Assembly: GCF_044704955.1 (NCBI RefSeq)
Contig: NC_091993.1
Location: forward strand, 100,254,001-100,318,000
Source: Pristiophorus japonicus
Lineage: Eukaryota
Reading direction: 5' to 3'
DNA: 64,000 nt
The translations under genes and the position numbers were made by a program. The notes beneath the pieces were generated by a model that made no database searches, was not told the DNA's origin, and saw nothing but the letters and a program-made list of their open reading frames with translations. Of this stretch, positions 49,546 to 62,557 are shown piece after piece. How positions within the stretch are numbered: position 1 is the first letter of the stretch; every line of letters begins with the position of its first letter.

Positions 49546-50345
49546 GGGACCGAGATTCAGGCCCGCCAGAAACCTGCCGCATTTACCATTTTTTAAGTGT
49601 TTTCAGCACCAGGTAGGATGAGGTCGACACTTGATTGATATTCAGCTCTTTGTCGTTTTTTTTAAGTCGGCCAGGAAGTCGGGGGTGGAAGTGTGGCGGT
49701 AAGTGCTGGTGAGGAGCAGAAGTGTGACGGGACAGATTCTCCGCCGCTGCCACTCAGCAGCGGAGCGGTAGTGACATCATTGCGCGTCTGTGTCACCATG
49801 TATATCCCCTCCTTTAAAGGGGAGAGAATCGACGATTATTTTGGATTGGCCACTGGGCCACCAGGGAGGGTTTTGGCTGGGCCAGCGGCCTGGCACCCAA
49901 GAGGGGGTGCCAGATTGCCTGTTGGCGGCCCTGCCGAATCCGGGGACATATTTGTCCGGCCGACATGGAAGTGGGCCAGCAAAAAAAATTAAATGGCGGC
50001 AGCGGCATTGGGCACTTGCCTTTAATGGCTGTCACACAGCCAGGGCTCACAGAGAGAATACAAGGTGCACTGACAGAGAAAGCTGTCGGGGGCACCGCTC
50101 GGCGGGCATTCGATTTTTCGGGCTGAATTTCGACGGAGGTGAGTAGTTTTGGTGGTGCACGTAGTGATGATGCACTCATGGCCGCTCGACAGCGGCGGGG
50201 TAGAAGTGGGGACCGCCAGAAAAATCCACCGCTGAATTTGGCTGGCGGCGGCCATTCAATCAGAAATCGGCGGCCATTGGATTCGGCGCCTGGCTTCTGC
50301 ATTCTGGCAGTAACGGACCTTATCAGGACCCTGTATTTTGGCCCC
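49546..50345. mobile_element. GC-rich TIR element inserted in an old plus-strand CR1 (about 49420-50960)
   Basis: gggaccgagattcagg / cctgtattttggcccc termini; CR1 DV|..KA..KV text resumes after it. Confidence 0.7.
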
Positions 50346-52189
50346 ATAATGTCTATGGTTTTGTAGAAGGCATACGAAAAGGTGTTCTCAGGAGGCTTGC
50401 TACAAAAAAAATGAGGTACATGTATAACTGGAAATGTAGCAGCATGGATAGAAAGTGTTGTTTCGATTGAAGAAGGATTGGGACTGTTTTACTCTATGGA
50501 TCAGTGCTGGGTACACTTTTGTTCTTGAGATATAAAGATGATTGGGATTTGGGGCACAAGGAACACAATATTGACATTCACTCATGACAAAAGTAGAGGG
50601 TTAGGCAAAGAGTGATGAAGGCTATGAGAGACTTTTATAGGACACAGGTTAGCTGAATGGGCAGATCGAAGGCAGAGAAGTGGGAAGTGATGCATTTTGG
50701 AAGGAATCGAAGTAAAAACAATGAAAAGATGCGGAAGGATGTGGATGATTACGGAAACTCAAAGTTGTTAGAACGTGAAATGCTTTGCCACAGGGGATAA
50801 TTGAGACAAAAATCACTGCATCTTTTAAGCAAAGAGTAGATAAACACTCGAAGCAGAGGAAGATACAAGGCTGTGGGAAAGGAGCAAGGCAGTTTTGAAT
50901 TCCTCCAGCAAAAGCTGGTATAGACATGATGGGACAAATGTCCTCCTTCTGTGCTGCAAACCTCTCTGGTATGGTTCAATGTATTAACCGTCATTGTTAT
51001 TTATTTGTCATATAAATTTCCAGACAATATTTTCAGTTTAAATGGGCAGTACACCAATAAGCTACTGCTGCAGAAAGCAAGTAGCTTACTTTATCGAGAC
51101 TCTGATATAAAATGTTTCTATGAAACAAAACGGGACATACTGAAATCTTGCTATGCCACTTTATGGTTATTGTCTTATTAATGACTTACAAATTAAAAGT
51201 GACAATTGTACTATTTCACCTTGGCAGTTCTAACATTAACACTGCTGTTTTAATTGACATACTTACTCAGTGAGTAACAGTGAACTGAAACATTACACTG
51301 TTTAATTCTACCAATAATTTCAGTGTTCAATTAAAAAAAAAAGTTGTCTTTATGTTATGCAATTCTTACTTTATTTTCTTAAAATCCCTGTCCTCTAAGG
51401 AGTACTCACATGTTCTACTTCTGCAGTAACTAAGGGATAGCACAAGGGACAATGACTGTAATTAGACAGGTATCGCAGTCCCTGATCCCCTCTGAGCCTT
51501 TTCCTGACAAGCAGTGATCAAATTAATACGCAGATGAAATTTATTATTCCACCAAGTGACATCTCAGCATCATATTATGTTCGCTTTTTGTTTCAGTCAA
51601 AGAAAGATTGCTGGTGTAAAATGTACTGAGCTATGTGTGTTCAAAATGTACACAATTGAATTAGCTGCTTAAAATGTTAAGCACTATAATTGTTTCCTAT
51701 CGAAACCTATTAGGTATGGTCCTGTTAAATCTGTACCATTAAAGAGTACAGTCCTTTCAGGTGTCTCATTGTTTTGCACACCATATGCTGCATTAGGAGA
51801 CATCTGCAGCATGCCATTATGTTGCTTACCTTTGCACTGGGGCCTGTTCATTGTAGGATGTTTCAGTTACAATACTTGATTTTGAATGTAGAATTGGACG
51901 CTGGCCATTGTTGTTCTGTCATATTGCAGCATACACTGAGAAAGGGTTTCAATTTTAGCCAATATTACAAACCCTGCTTTTACACCATGCTGGATTCATT
52001 GTTTGTTAGTTGTTGCGATCAGAAATTGTCCACAAAAAGTTATCAGAGCAACCATTGGTAGACATCTAGAAAGGCTTTTCTGTTGAGGTCTTCCCGAATA
52101 AGGGACAAGCCTATTTTTAGACTACAAAGCGGAGAAACAGAGAAAAAAATAAAAACAAAATGGTGGGGAAGGGGTGGGGGCGTTTGCAA

Positions 52190-52910
52190 ACACATTTGCT
52201 GCTCACGATCTGGTCTCCTCTACATTGGGGAGATCAAACGCAGATTGGGTGACCGCTTTGCGGAACACCTCCGTTCAGTCCGTATGCATGACCCCGAGCT
52301 TCCAGTCGCCTGTCACTTTAATTCTCCGCTCCACTCCCACTCTGACCTCTCAATCCTCAGCCTCCCTACACCGTTCCAATGAAGCTCAAGGCAAGATTGA
52401 GGAGTAGCACCTCAATCTGTCGTTTCGGCACTTTACAGCCTTCTGGACTTAACATCGAGTTCAACAATTTCAGACTATAACCTTTGCCCGTATTTTGTTC
52501 CCTTTCCTTCCTTTCATTTTACAAACCTACCTTTTTATTTTTTCTCTGTTTCTCATGGCAGCTGGTAATTATTCTGCCATTCACACCCTATCTAGACTCA
52601 TCTTTTGTTTCCTAACTTGACCCATTATCATCTCAATTTGGCCCATTGTCCCTTTTGTCGCTCAAATCTCTCCTGCCTTCCACCCTATCACAGACCTTCC
52701 CTTTTGTTCTTTCCTCCCCTCCCCCTCTCAGGGCCCCAGCACTTCCTTAAGAATCTGTTACATTTCAAACTTTTTCCAGTTCTGACGAAGGTTCATCGAC
52801 CCGAAACGTTAACTCTGTTTCTCTTCGCAGATGCTGCCTGACCCACTGAGATTTCCAGCATTTTCTGTTTTTATTTCAAATTCCAGCAACCGCAGTATTT
52901 TGCTTTTGTA
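52190..52910 (+). mobile_element. Penelope-like element 3' end: GIY-YIG endonuclease remnant plus pLTR
   Basis: CSRSGLLYIGEIKRRLGDRFAEHLRSV..PVACHFN and GTLQPSGLNIEFNNF. Confidence 0.88.
52778..52814 (+). ncRNA. Minimal type I hammerhead ribozyme motif in Penelope pLTR
   Basis: agtt-CTGACGA-aggttcatcgaccc-GAAACGTT-aact: conserved core, palindromic stem III, 4-bp stem I. Confidence 0.68.
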
Positions 52911-52914
52911 TCAG

Positions 52915-53200
52915 GCCAGTACGATCTTGGGTTCAATATCTGGTCTGGTGTTTAAGCTGATTTCAATAGGGGCATGATAATTGGTCTCAACATCCCAGTG
53001 CTAGGAAGGGGAGAATAAAATCAGTCAGGGTTCCTATTCCATGATCCACTAAAATGTTCAGTGGGAAGACAGCAGATGAAGATAGCACTAAGCTTGACCG
53101 TGATGCTCAACAATGAGGGACACCCTGCTGGCACACCAGGCTCACACATGAAGAATTACAACTTGGGAAAAGTAATGGAGGGTAATGGCAACTGTGGAAC
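52915..53200 (+). mobile_element. AmnSINE2-like ancient SINE relic
   Basis: ggttcaatatctgg..gctaggaagggg..aaatcagtcagggttcc..ggctcacacatgaagaat, matching the recalled AmnSINE2 consensus. Confidence 0.55.
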
Positions 53201-53429
53201 AGCATTTTCGCACGAACAATTGTCATTAGGAGAGGAGGGGAGAAAACTGCAGGGACATTGATTTTTACTCCAATTTTTTCCTATTATTTCACATCACACA
53301 CCACTTTCCAATTGAGAAGGAAGGACAAGGAAAACAGCTCACAGAACTTTGTCCTGTAAGTGTTCACCTGCCCCCCACCCGCTCCCCATCCTCTCACTCC
53401 CATTGTGGGGAATCTACTAGTCTACACTG

Positions 53430-53848
53430 CATTAAGCAATGCCTCGATTTCAAAATTCGAATTCCTTGTTTTCAAATCCCTCCATGGCCTCGCCCCTCCC
53501 TATCTCTGAAATCTCCTCCAGCACCACACAAACCCCCAAGATATCTGCGCTCCTCTAATTCTGCCCTCTTGAGCATCGCTGATTATAATCGCTCAACCAT
53601 CGATGGCCGTGCATTCTGTCCCCATAGGTGCTAAGCTCTGGGATTCCCTGCCTAAACCTCGCTACCTCTCTTTCCTCCTTTAAGACGCTCCTTAAAACCT
53701 ACCTCTTTGAACAAACATTTGGTCACCTGCCCTAATTTCTCCTTATGTGGCTCGGTGTCACATTTTATGTCTTATAATATTCCTGTGAAGAGCCTTGGGA
53801 CATTTTATTACGTTAAAGGTACTATATAAATACAAATTGTTATTGTTG
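53430..53848 (+). mobile_element. L2-clade LINE 3' fragment
   Basis: FKSLHGLAPPYL, LRSS, LKTYLF; L2/Deu-type tail. Confidence 0.8.
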
Positions 53849-53873
53849 ATTTCTCCTTCTAAAAGTTTGACTG

Positions 53874-54463
53874 AAACATAGAAACATAGAAAATAGGTGC
53901 AGGAGTAGGCCATTCGGCCTTCGAGCCTGCACCACCATTCAATATGACCATGGCTGATCATGCAACTTCAGTATCCCATTCCTGCTTTCTCTCCATACCT
54001 CTTGATCCCTTTAGCCATAAGGGCCACATCTAACTCCCTTTTGAATATATTTAGTGAATTGGCCTCAACAACTTTCTGTAGTAGAGAATTCCACAGTTCA
54101 CAATTCTCTGAGTGAAGAAGTTTCTCCTCATCTCGGTTCTAAATGGCTTACCCCTTATCCTTCGTCTGTGACCCCTGGTTCTGGACTTCCCCAACATTGG
54201 GAACATTCTTCCTGCATCTAACTTGTCCAATCCCGTCAGAATTTTATATGTTTCTATGAGATTCCCTCTCATTTTTCTAAATTCCAATGAATATAAGCCT
54301 AGTCGATCGAGTCTTTCTTCATATGTCAGTCCTGCCATCCCGGGAATCAGTCTGGTGAACCTTCGCTGCACTCCCTCAATAGCAAGAACATCCTTCCTCA
54401 GATTAGGAGACCAAAAATGTATATAATATTCAAGGTGTGGCCTCACCAAGGCCCTGTACAACT
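53874..54463 (-). mobile_element. CR1 3' fragment
   Basis: YRALVRPHLEY..RNFFTQR; (tttctatg)n tail. Confidence 0.92.
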
Positions 54464-55959
54464 GTATTTCTTGGCACAGGTCACCACGGTATCAAGGTGC
54501 TGTGCTGCTGTCCTACATTCCTAGCACATACTTCAGGATGGCAGACATTCAAAGATAGGTATTCTTAAACAAAAAGATAGGGGCTTAGCTGACACACATC
54601 TAACATTGCTGGGTGTTCTTTTGGTTCTGTGATGAGTATCATATATTACATATACATAATTGCGAAAATGTGTGTACGAAGAACATCCTAAATATTTGGC
54701 TCCAAGAGAATTCACAACCATAATCCAGTGAATAGAAAGTTTGACATTTTTAGAAAAAATGTAAATCAACAAAGACAAAATTTATTTGAATTTGAAACAT
54801 TCATCAGGAATATTAAAACATGAGCTTTAATGTTACTTCAATGAGAATATGAACGAAGTTTCAAGCTGCCATTGAGCTGGAGAAGGGAATACAGATTTGA
54901 TTAGTTTATACTTTATTCATATTTGGTCTTGATTTTAAAAGAGATTCTTCTTCCACTTCATTATCATCATGAACAAGAAAAACATCTATTTCACAAAGGG
55001 GTGTGTGGATGATGGATGACAAGCATTCAATGAAAGACCACTTGCTTATCTTGAGCACCATTTCTGCATTAAATGGAGAAAACTCAATTTTCTGACAATA
55101 ATTCTGTTAATTGCGACATGTTTCATGTACTCTGTCCTCGTCGATTTATGTGATATTGTATAATTTCGGAATTTTGCTAGATGGCAGGAGACATTGATGT
55201 TTTGCGAAAGTTTAAAAATCCTTCAATCCTCAGAAAAGTTGGGAGAACACAGCCACAGTGAAGAACCAGTCCCTTTATCTAACTATTCTGATTAAGCAAA
55301 CATTGTCGGTAAGGGGGAAGGAGATAAGTATGTGAAGAAATGCTATCTTTGAACAAGCATTTTTATGACCTTGGTGCTCATTAGCCAAGATGTCAGGTGA
55401 TCACTTTGTAAAAGCAGATGCTCTGATACTTTGATTGTTTAAGAATGGTTTTAATTTTTTCTTGATTAGCTTACATATCTAATCACTGAACATTATGACA
55501 CCGATAAATGTTGAGAAGAAATTTCAGACCACAATACCTGTCAAAGAATTTCTTCAGCAAATTCCATTGCTATCATGTTGCAATATTTAATCAGTGATTA
55601 AATGAATGGTGGTATCTTCCCCTCCCTTTTTTCCTGCCAGTAATGTGCTGATAATGGGTGTGCTTTCAGGGAATGAGTGAAAAACATGTCAGCAGAACAT
55701 TATTTTAAGCATGGTGATGCCTAATATTGAATTTCAAAATATTACAGTCCAGCCAAATTGATTGGCCTGGTAATTATAATTATAGAGCATTGAGTTCTCA
55801 TTCTGAGAACCTACATACGATGGCAGAAGTGTAAATCGGTTACAATTTTTATTCTTAAATTCTTTGTTTCCTCCTGTACCATGTGCCAATGGAGCAGCGA
55901 GGGGGCCTACTTCCAGATTCTGACTATCTTGCTCTGTTACTGCCTGCTACATGGGATCA

Positions 55960-56455
55960 TGTCGCTTGCAACCTCTCGCCGCTCCTTCGCCCCGACCTCG
56001 CCGCTCCTGCTGTACATACCCGTGCTCCAATCAGCGACCTGTACCTTGAAGTGGTATGTTCCACGCAGTTCCCTTGAAGGCCTCGACCTGCTGATGGTCC
56101 TTGCAGGTCAGGGCCGCCTCGCCGAATGCCAGGAGAGGCGTGAGTTCGGGACCCAGAAGAGGCGAGGGCCCAGGGGCAGCACAGGCCAGTCCACAAGTCC
56201 GTGCAGCGGAGCTGGTCTCCAGTCATCTTGGTTAATCCTTGCCACTGGACCAAGACCAAGCTCTGTCAAGCCCGTGTGGTGGCTGGTGTTCAACGGCCAC
56301 CACACGTTAAAAAATTCCACGCACAGGCATCTTCCACCCTTCAATATGTAGTTCTGGACCTGGAATATTAGATCCTTCATTGAAACATCTGTGAAGTCAT
56401 CCCTTTTTGGTGTGGAAGCAAGTTGCTCGATACGAGGGACCGCCTATGATGATGA
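55960..56455 (+). mobile_element. Bipartite RTE-derived non-autonomous element
   Basis: RTE 5'UTR-like body, 13-bp hairpin, RTE tail cctatgatgatga. Confidence 0.82.
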
Positions 56456-56839
56456 CGTGGGAAATCCTCGGTTGGTCTGGCATCCATATCTCTCTCTTCC
56501 CCTGTGAGTAAGCAACAAGGGCCTTATATTTGGCAGCTTAGTGCTGGTTGTTGAGGCCAGTTTTGGGGATAAGATGGTGTCCGCCTCCGTCTGCCTACTT
56601 CCGGCGCGGGCTGCACCGGACGCCATATTGTTGAGGGCAAAAAAAGAGGTGTTATTTACCTTCATCTGAAGCAGGTGTCAGGCCAATAACATATTCAAAT
56701 AAGGGGCCTAATGCTGGCTTCTGCTACCTCTTACAAATTTGGCTTGCATCTGAGGCCGCCAGCATCAGTGATGTTTACTCTCGGGAAAATAAATGCTAAG
56801 CAGTGGCAAGTAAAAAAAAGGTAAGTACTTACTATTCTC

Positions 56840-57200
56840 ATCGATCTCCTGACTCCGACCTCCAGGCCCTTTCCAATCTCCCCCCAATTCTGGCTCCGAC
56901 CTCCGGCTCCGACCTCCAGCTCCCCCTGATGCTGGCCCAGAGTCCTGAACTCCCCTCAATCCTGGTCCCAACCTCCCCCCGATCCTGGCTCCAACCGCCT
57001 CCAGATCCTGGTCCCAACTTCCCTCCGATCCTGGCCCCAACCTTCCTCCGATCCTAGCCCGAACCTCCCCCCGATCCTGGTCCCAACCTCCCTCCAATCC
57101 TGGCCCCAACCTCCCCCCGGGTCCTGAACTCCCCTCAATCCTGGTCCCAACCTCCCCCCGATTCTGGCCTCAACCTCCCTCCGATCCTGGTCTCAACCTG
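56840..57200 (+). repeat. About 22-bp minisatellite (aacctccccccgatcctggtccc)n, probably within a TIR-type repeat
   Basis: More than 10 degenerate units directly visible. Confidence 0.85.
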
Positions 57201-57775
57201 GCACAATTTGACTCCTCTCGATGTAGGTAGGGAGGCATGCTTGAACCTTTTCAAGTTAGCTATATCTATGATTTAGTAGGCTGCTACTTAACAAGAGACT
57301 ACTGTGTAAGAAAAGGACTCAAGAGAGACTCCCCTTCCTGTTTTCTTTTGCATGAAACCCTGTTTACAGTATCCAGTGTAGGTATATATAATAGATGTCA
57401 GTGTCGTGACATCACCACATCCCACAGATATCCCTGCTGTCTGGAATGAACTGATCGCCATCAATTGCTTTGAGTCTGTATGTCTCAGACAGCGGAGGCG
57501 ATGTTCAATCCTAAAATGCAAAGAGCATTCATAAATGGATTTGTGATAGAAACAGTATGGATTTAAGCATCAAGGGGGAATGATTCAGTTAAAGTAGTCT
57601 AGCATTTAACCATGATTCTGGGTATGGGATTCATCATCCTTATCCAGGTATTGGGGGAAGGCTTCATGCATTATCTCTTCACAGAAAACCACTCTATATG
57701 CCTGAATGGTTGGTTCTTCAGGCCATATGGCTGCTGCAATGACCCAAAATGTTGAGTGAAAAGAGTTAATACTCC

Positions 57776-58037
57776 TGTAATGTATGCACCTGTGGGTTTG
57801 TAGAGCTGTTTCATTGTGAATGTTTTAGCCAGTCATGTGATGTTCATCAGACTCAATAAAACCCCAGTCAGTTGGGTCTAGGTCATCCACAATGAGGTAT
57901 GCAATTGCGAGCCTAGTGGATGAACTGGTAATGTGTAGTGTGATTGTTAAACCTTTGTTAATAAACCAACTAGTTCTTAATAGCAATGTGTTGCTATGAA
58001 TTCTTAAGCAAATAACCCATGAAGCAAATACATTACA
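57776..58037 (+). mobile_element. Solo LTR, 262 bp, TG..CA, 5-bp TSD actcc
   Basis: tgtaatgtat / atacattaca inverted termini; actcc on both sides; AATAAA inside. Confidence 0.85.
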
Positions 58038-58436
58038 ACTCCCAAATAGGGCATCACACATTTGAATTTGTCACTTATTTAGAGTAGCAAATGAGAATTA
58101 GATAAACACATCATTCAGAACCAGGATGCCACTCTAAATAGTGCAACCAAAAGGAAAGGCTATAAATATTATAAATGCAGTGCTTCAGCAAGTTGATTGT
58201 TCAGGTTATCTTGCTTGCTAGTGATGGTGCAACCCCATGGTGCAGGTAGGCTACAAGTGTCCTTACAGCAGGTGACACAGCTCTGCAACTGTCTCTCTGC
58301 TGACCCAGAGCCCATGAACACAGTTCCCCACTATTGTTGTCAGGTAGGTCTACCAGTGTCTGTAGATATGATTAGTGACTTCATGGTGGGTATGAGCAGT
58401 TTGGCTCTGGTACCTGCTGATCTCCCTATCCCCCTT

Positions 58437-58772
58437 CCTCAAAGCCTCCTTGATAAAGTGCAACATCCCCATCGACACCTGGGAATCCCTGGCCAAAGAC
58501 CGTCCTAAGTGGAGGAAGAGCATCTGGGAGGGTGCTGAGCACCTTGAGTCTTGTCGCCAAGAGCATGCAGAAAACAAGCTCAGGCAGCGGAAGAAGCGTG
58601 CGACAAATCAGACTCCCCACCCACCCTTTCCTCCAACGACTGTCTGTCCCACCTGCGACAGAGACTGTAATTCCCGAATTGGATTGTTCAGTCACCTGAC
58701 AACTAACTTTTAGAGTGGAAGCAAGACTTCCTCAATTTCGAGGTACTGCCTATGATGATGATGATGATGATC
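58437..58772 (+). mobile_element. RTE LINE 3' fragment
   Basis: WESLAKDRPKWR..CPTCDRDC..GLFSH; (gat)n tail. Confidence 0.88.
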
Positions 58773-60021
58773 ATGTCTTCTTTCATCTAGCACCCTTGAG
58801 CATGAAATGCTGTAATTCTGAGATCCATTAACTGGAAAATCAACCGTATAAGATCCAAATCAATGTTCCCATTAACTAGCATGTTCTCAGGCTGTAGATT
58901 CTAACAGATGTTGATGTTCTGATTTAGGATTTACCTAATAATGAGACAACAGTATGAAGGACAGTCCTTTGCAAGTCTGTAGAATCATGAAGTTCAATGA
59001 GGACAAAGCAACAAGTTAGAAATGTAAGAACAAATAGAATTGAATTGACTAGGTCCCAAGGCCCACTGGCTGTACTTGGCCTGCAGGCCTTAGTTTGCAC
59101 ACACGAGCTGGAATGGCATATGAAGGAGTCCCAACACAGGGGGTAGGAAAAATTGTTGTTTTTATTCCCATTTGTGTCAGGCCACTTACTGGATAACTTC
59201 AGAATAATAATGTCACTTCTGGAACAGTCCACTGTGCAGATTCTCTTACAATCCCAGTTGGAAGAGGACACATGCTAACCTAGGAGGAAAGAGAAAAAAT
59301 ACAGTTAGCGTACTATAAACTATTCTTCATTTGAAGTCTGAACACTAACAATTCCAGTACAAAGTCCAGTATAGGAGGTCTGGTTCGTTTTGACTTCACT
59401 GAATCCTTTGTAGTGATTGTATTATTTACAGACGTTCCGGTATGAATCTGGATAGCTTTCTCTTGGCAACTCCCAATCATGCCGAAATCTTTAAACATTT
59501 GCTGTCAAGTTCGTGCATGCGTATATCTGTGTCTGCGGGGAGGAGGCACAGATGTTTTGTTTTTTCCCCACCTTTATTTCGCTGGAAGTGTTGCTCCTAC
59601 CAGTAATGTGTTTTTAATTGCTGGTAATAGATGGTCTTTGTGGGATGAATGAGAAAGTTGGCAGTCGCGTGTTATTTCTGACTATGCACTGATATTTTCA
59701 CAAAGCTGACAGAAATGAATAACCACAATTATCCTCAATGAGTGTCCAAATATGTCTCATTTCAAATTGGTTTCTGTAATTGCTTTTGCTTAATGCACAT
59801 AAGATTTTTTATTTGCTTTTGGTGACTGTATTAAAAATGTTATTTCTTTCTTGCCAGTTTTTGCCCCCTCCCTTCCTCTCTGGGAAATGTTGAGCCCTAC
59901 TGACGTATGGTTCTATGGATGATATCCAGTACCAAACCCAAGTGGCCATTGTTTTTGTGTTAATCATGAGTGCTGACAGGCTGTTCGACTGTGAGGAGCA
60001 ATGCAGGCAAGCCAATCAGAA

Positions 60022-60305
60022 CAAAAACTTGCATTTATATAATGTGTTTAAAATAGTCAAACGTCTCAAGGCGCTTTACAGGAGCATTATCAAACAAAAT
60101 TTGACACCAAGCCACACAAGGGGATACTAGGACAGATGACAAAAAGCTTGGTTAAAAAGGTAAATTTTAAGGAGCGGCTTAAAGGAGGAAAGAGAGGTCG
60201 AGAGGCAGAGAAATTTAGGGAGGGAATTACAGAGCTTAGGGGCTTGGTAGCTGAAGACATGGCCACCAATGCTGGAGCAATTAAAATTGGAATGCGCAAG
60301 AGGCA
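60022..60305 (-). mobile_element. L2-clade LINE 3' fragment
   Basis: Reverse complement of the 53560-53848 family. Confidence 0.75.
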
Positions 60306-60379
60306 GATTTGGCGGAGCACAAATATCTTGGAGGATTGGAGGGCTGCAGGGCTAGAGGAGGAGATCTTGTCCTCCCCCA

Positions 60380-60540
60380 ATACAAGTGCAAGTGCAATTT
60401 TAGTAAGGGTCACTGAGTAGAGATCAAGAGTGGGACCCTGACCAATTTTACCCTCTCTAACCCTGGGTTACTGAGGACAATTATAGTGCCCTGTCACTGC
60501 CCGAGCTGAGATCAGTTAACTGAGCAAACCTGAGATTTGA
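60380..60540 (-). mobile_element. AmnSINE2-like relic
   Basis: Reverse complement reads ctcagttaactgatctcagctcgggcag..cactataattg..cagggtcccactcttgatc. Confidence 0.5.
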
Positions 60541-61737
60541 AAACTTTAAAGTTTGGCGCAAAGTTTCCTGATACTTGTCCATGCAGTGCAATAGAAATCA
60601 ATTTTGAAGTAATAGCACCCCAATTACTGAAAACTTTTGATTATTTTATATGATTGCCTTGTGTGTGGTGGGGCAATATTTAAGGAACATTTTTTAGGTC
60701 AGTGTACCGATGGCAACAGGCCCTTTTCTATAATGGGCAGGAATATGACAGTTATTTATTTAGCCGCTTTTCACAAGTTAACCCCTGGACCATTCTGTCT
60801 AAGATCTTCTTTATTAAAATATTAACTGAGGTGCATAGAGATGTTGTTAGGTTTCCTATGTTGTGTGTGGAGCAGCTGATGATATTTGATAATTTGGCGT
60901 ATCAGTTGTGACAACGGCGCCAGTTTTATTTTCTTTGGGTTTTCAAGGTCCTTGGTGGGATTGTGGTGCTTATGTCAACTGGTTGTTTTTTTTTCCTGCT
61001 CTTCTTTAGCATTTACACCATTAGCGACGCATCTTGGGCTGTTGCCAGTTGGTGAAGATGGGAAAGGCTGTCCGCTCTATGCAGGGTGCTGAGACCCCAC
61101 AGAACGATTCTGTAAGTATCCCAATCGGCCTATTTTATGAGAGGGGTGAAAAGTGGCCAAAATCATTTGAAACCTTTGGAGAACCAAGCCATGACCCAGA
61201 CTTGGACCCCAGGTGGGCCTCATTTTGGTTGACCAGCAGGCCAATATGCCTGCCTTCGATGGATGTACTGGCCTATCAGGGGATTCCCAGGCTGAGAATG
61301 AGGAAACTCCTGGCCTGAGAGTCTATTCCATCCCCGTTCCCCACTCCCGCTCCCCTGCCATGTCCTCTCAGTTGCAGGGGACCATGGTTTGTGTGGATGG
61401 AATAAGACCCATCAGAAATTGATGGAGAAGGTTTGGACCTAAGGTATCCAGGTCCTGGCATAATTCCCAACCGTTCCAATGCTCTCCTAACAAATTTTCA
61501 AAAGCACCGGAGAGAATGGAGATTTTCGGCTATGAATTGTCTGTTAATTTGTATCTTCTTGAGTACAACATGGCTCCTCTGCTGTTTTATTTACATTGGT
61601 TAATTTGAATTATTAGAAAATGTCATCTTTTTTGAGTAGAATATGATTTTGCATTAACAGGAGTATACTGTCGGAATCTCGAAGAAACAATCCTGAGCTG
61701 AGAAATTTGCAACTAAACAAAAAAGGTACTAATTTTG

Positions 61738-62165
61738 TCATCATCATCATCATAGGCAGTCCCTCGAGATCGAGGAAGACTTGCTTCCACTCCAAAAGTG
61801 AGTTCTCAGGTGACTGAACAGTCCAATATGGGAATTTCAGTCTATGTTTCAGGTGGGACAGACAGTCATTGGAGGAAAGGGTGGGTGGGGAGTCTGGTTT
61901 GCTGCACTTCCGCTGCCTGCGCTTGTTTTCTGCATGTTCTCGGCGACGAGACTTGAGGTGCTCAGCACCCTCCTGGATGCTCTTCCTCCACTTGGGGTGG
62001 TCTTTGGCCAGGGATTCCCAGGTGTCGGTGGGGATGTTGCACTTTATCAAGGAGGCTTTGAGGGTGTCCTTGAAATGTTTCCTCTGCCCACCTGGGGCTC
62101 GCTTGTCACGCAGGAGTTCCGAGTAGAGCGCTTGCTTTGGGAGTCTCGTGTCGGGCATGCGAACA
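61738..62165 (-). mobile_element. RTE LINE 3' fragment
   Basis: RMPDTRLPKQALYSEL..GGQRKHFKDTLK; (gat)n tail at 61738. Confidence 0.9.
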
Positions 62166-62557
62166 ATACTTTCTTGATGTCTCCAGGCTGAGCAGCAATT
62201 GCAGCTGAGAGGGCAGCTGGATTTTGTTAATGCCTTTCCAAAGCAACTGATAGGAGGTGTGCAAGAGTGACCCAGTGACAGCTCTCCCTGAGATATTTCC
62301 CCACTTATGGGCAATATCCAGCATTGGCTTTGTGCTCATTCACAGCAATGTGGCTCTGACTGGAAGCTCTGCAGTGTGTGGGATCCTGGGAGAAAACTCG
62401 AGTCATTCTGATTTGCGGCTGTGCTATCAGACATATCAATTGTGGCAATTTATTCTTATGCAGGGAATGATAGAGGAATTTTCAGGGCACAGCTTTGAAG
62501 AAAAAATAAATCTAACCTACAAAGATGATGAGCTGTAGTTCCAGAAATATTTCCTTT

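Noticed and set aside
56840-57200. Regular short repeats resembling a CRISPR array (also 31437-31620 and 63050-63212)
   Set aside because: Head-to-tail units without unique spacers, no cas genes, vertebrate context: minisatellites
61613-62314. 233-aa minus-strand ORF
   Set aside because: Central part is an RTE C-terminus; the flanks are chance read-through
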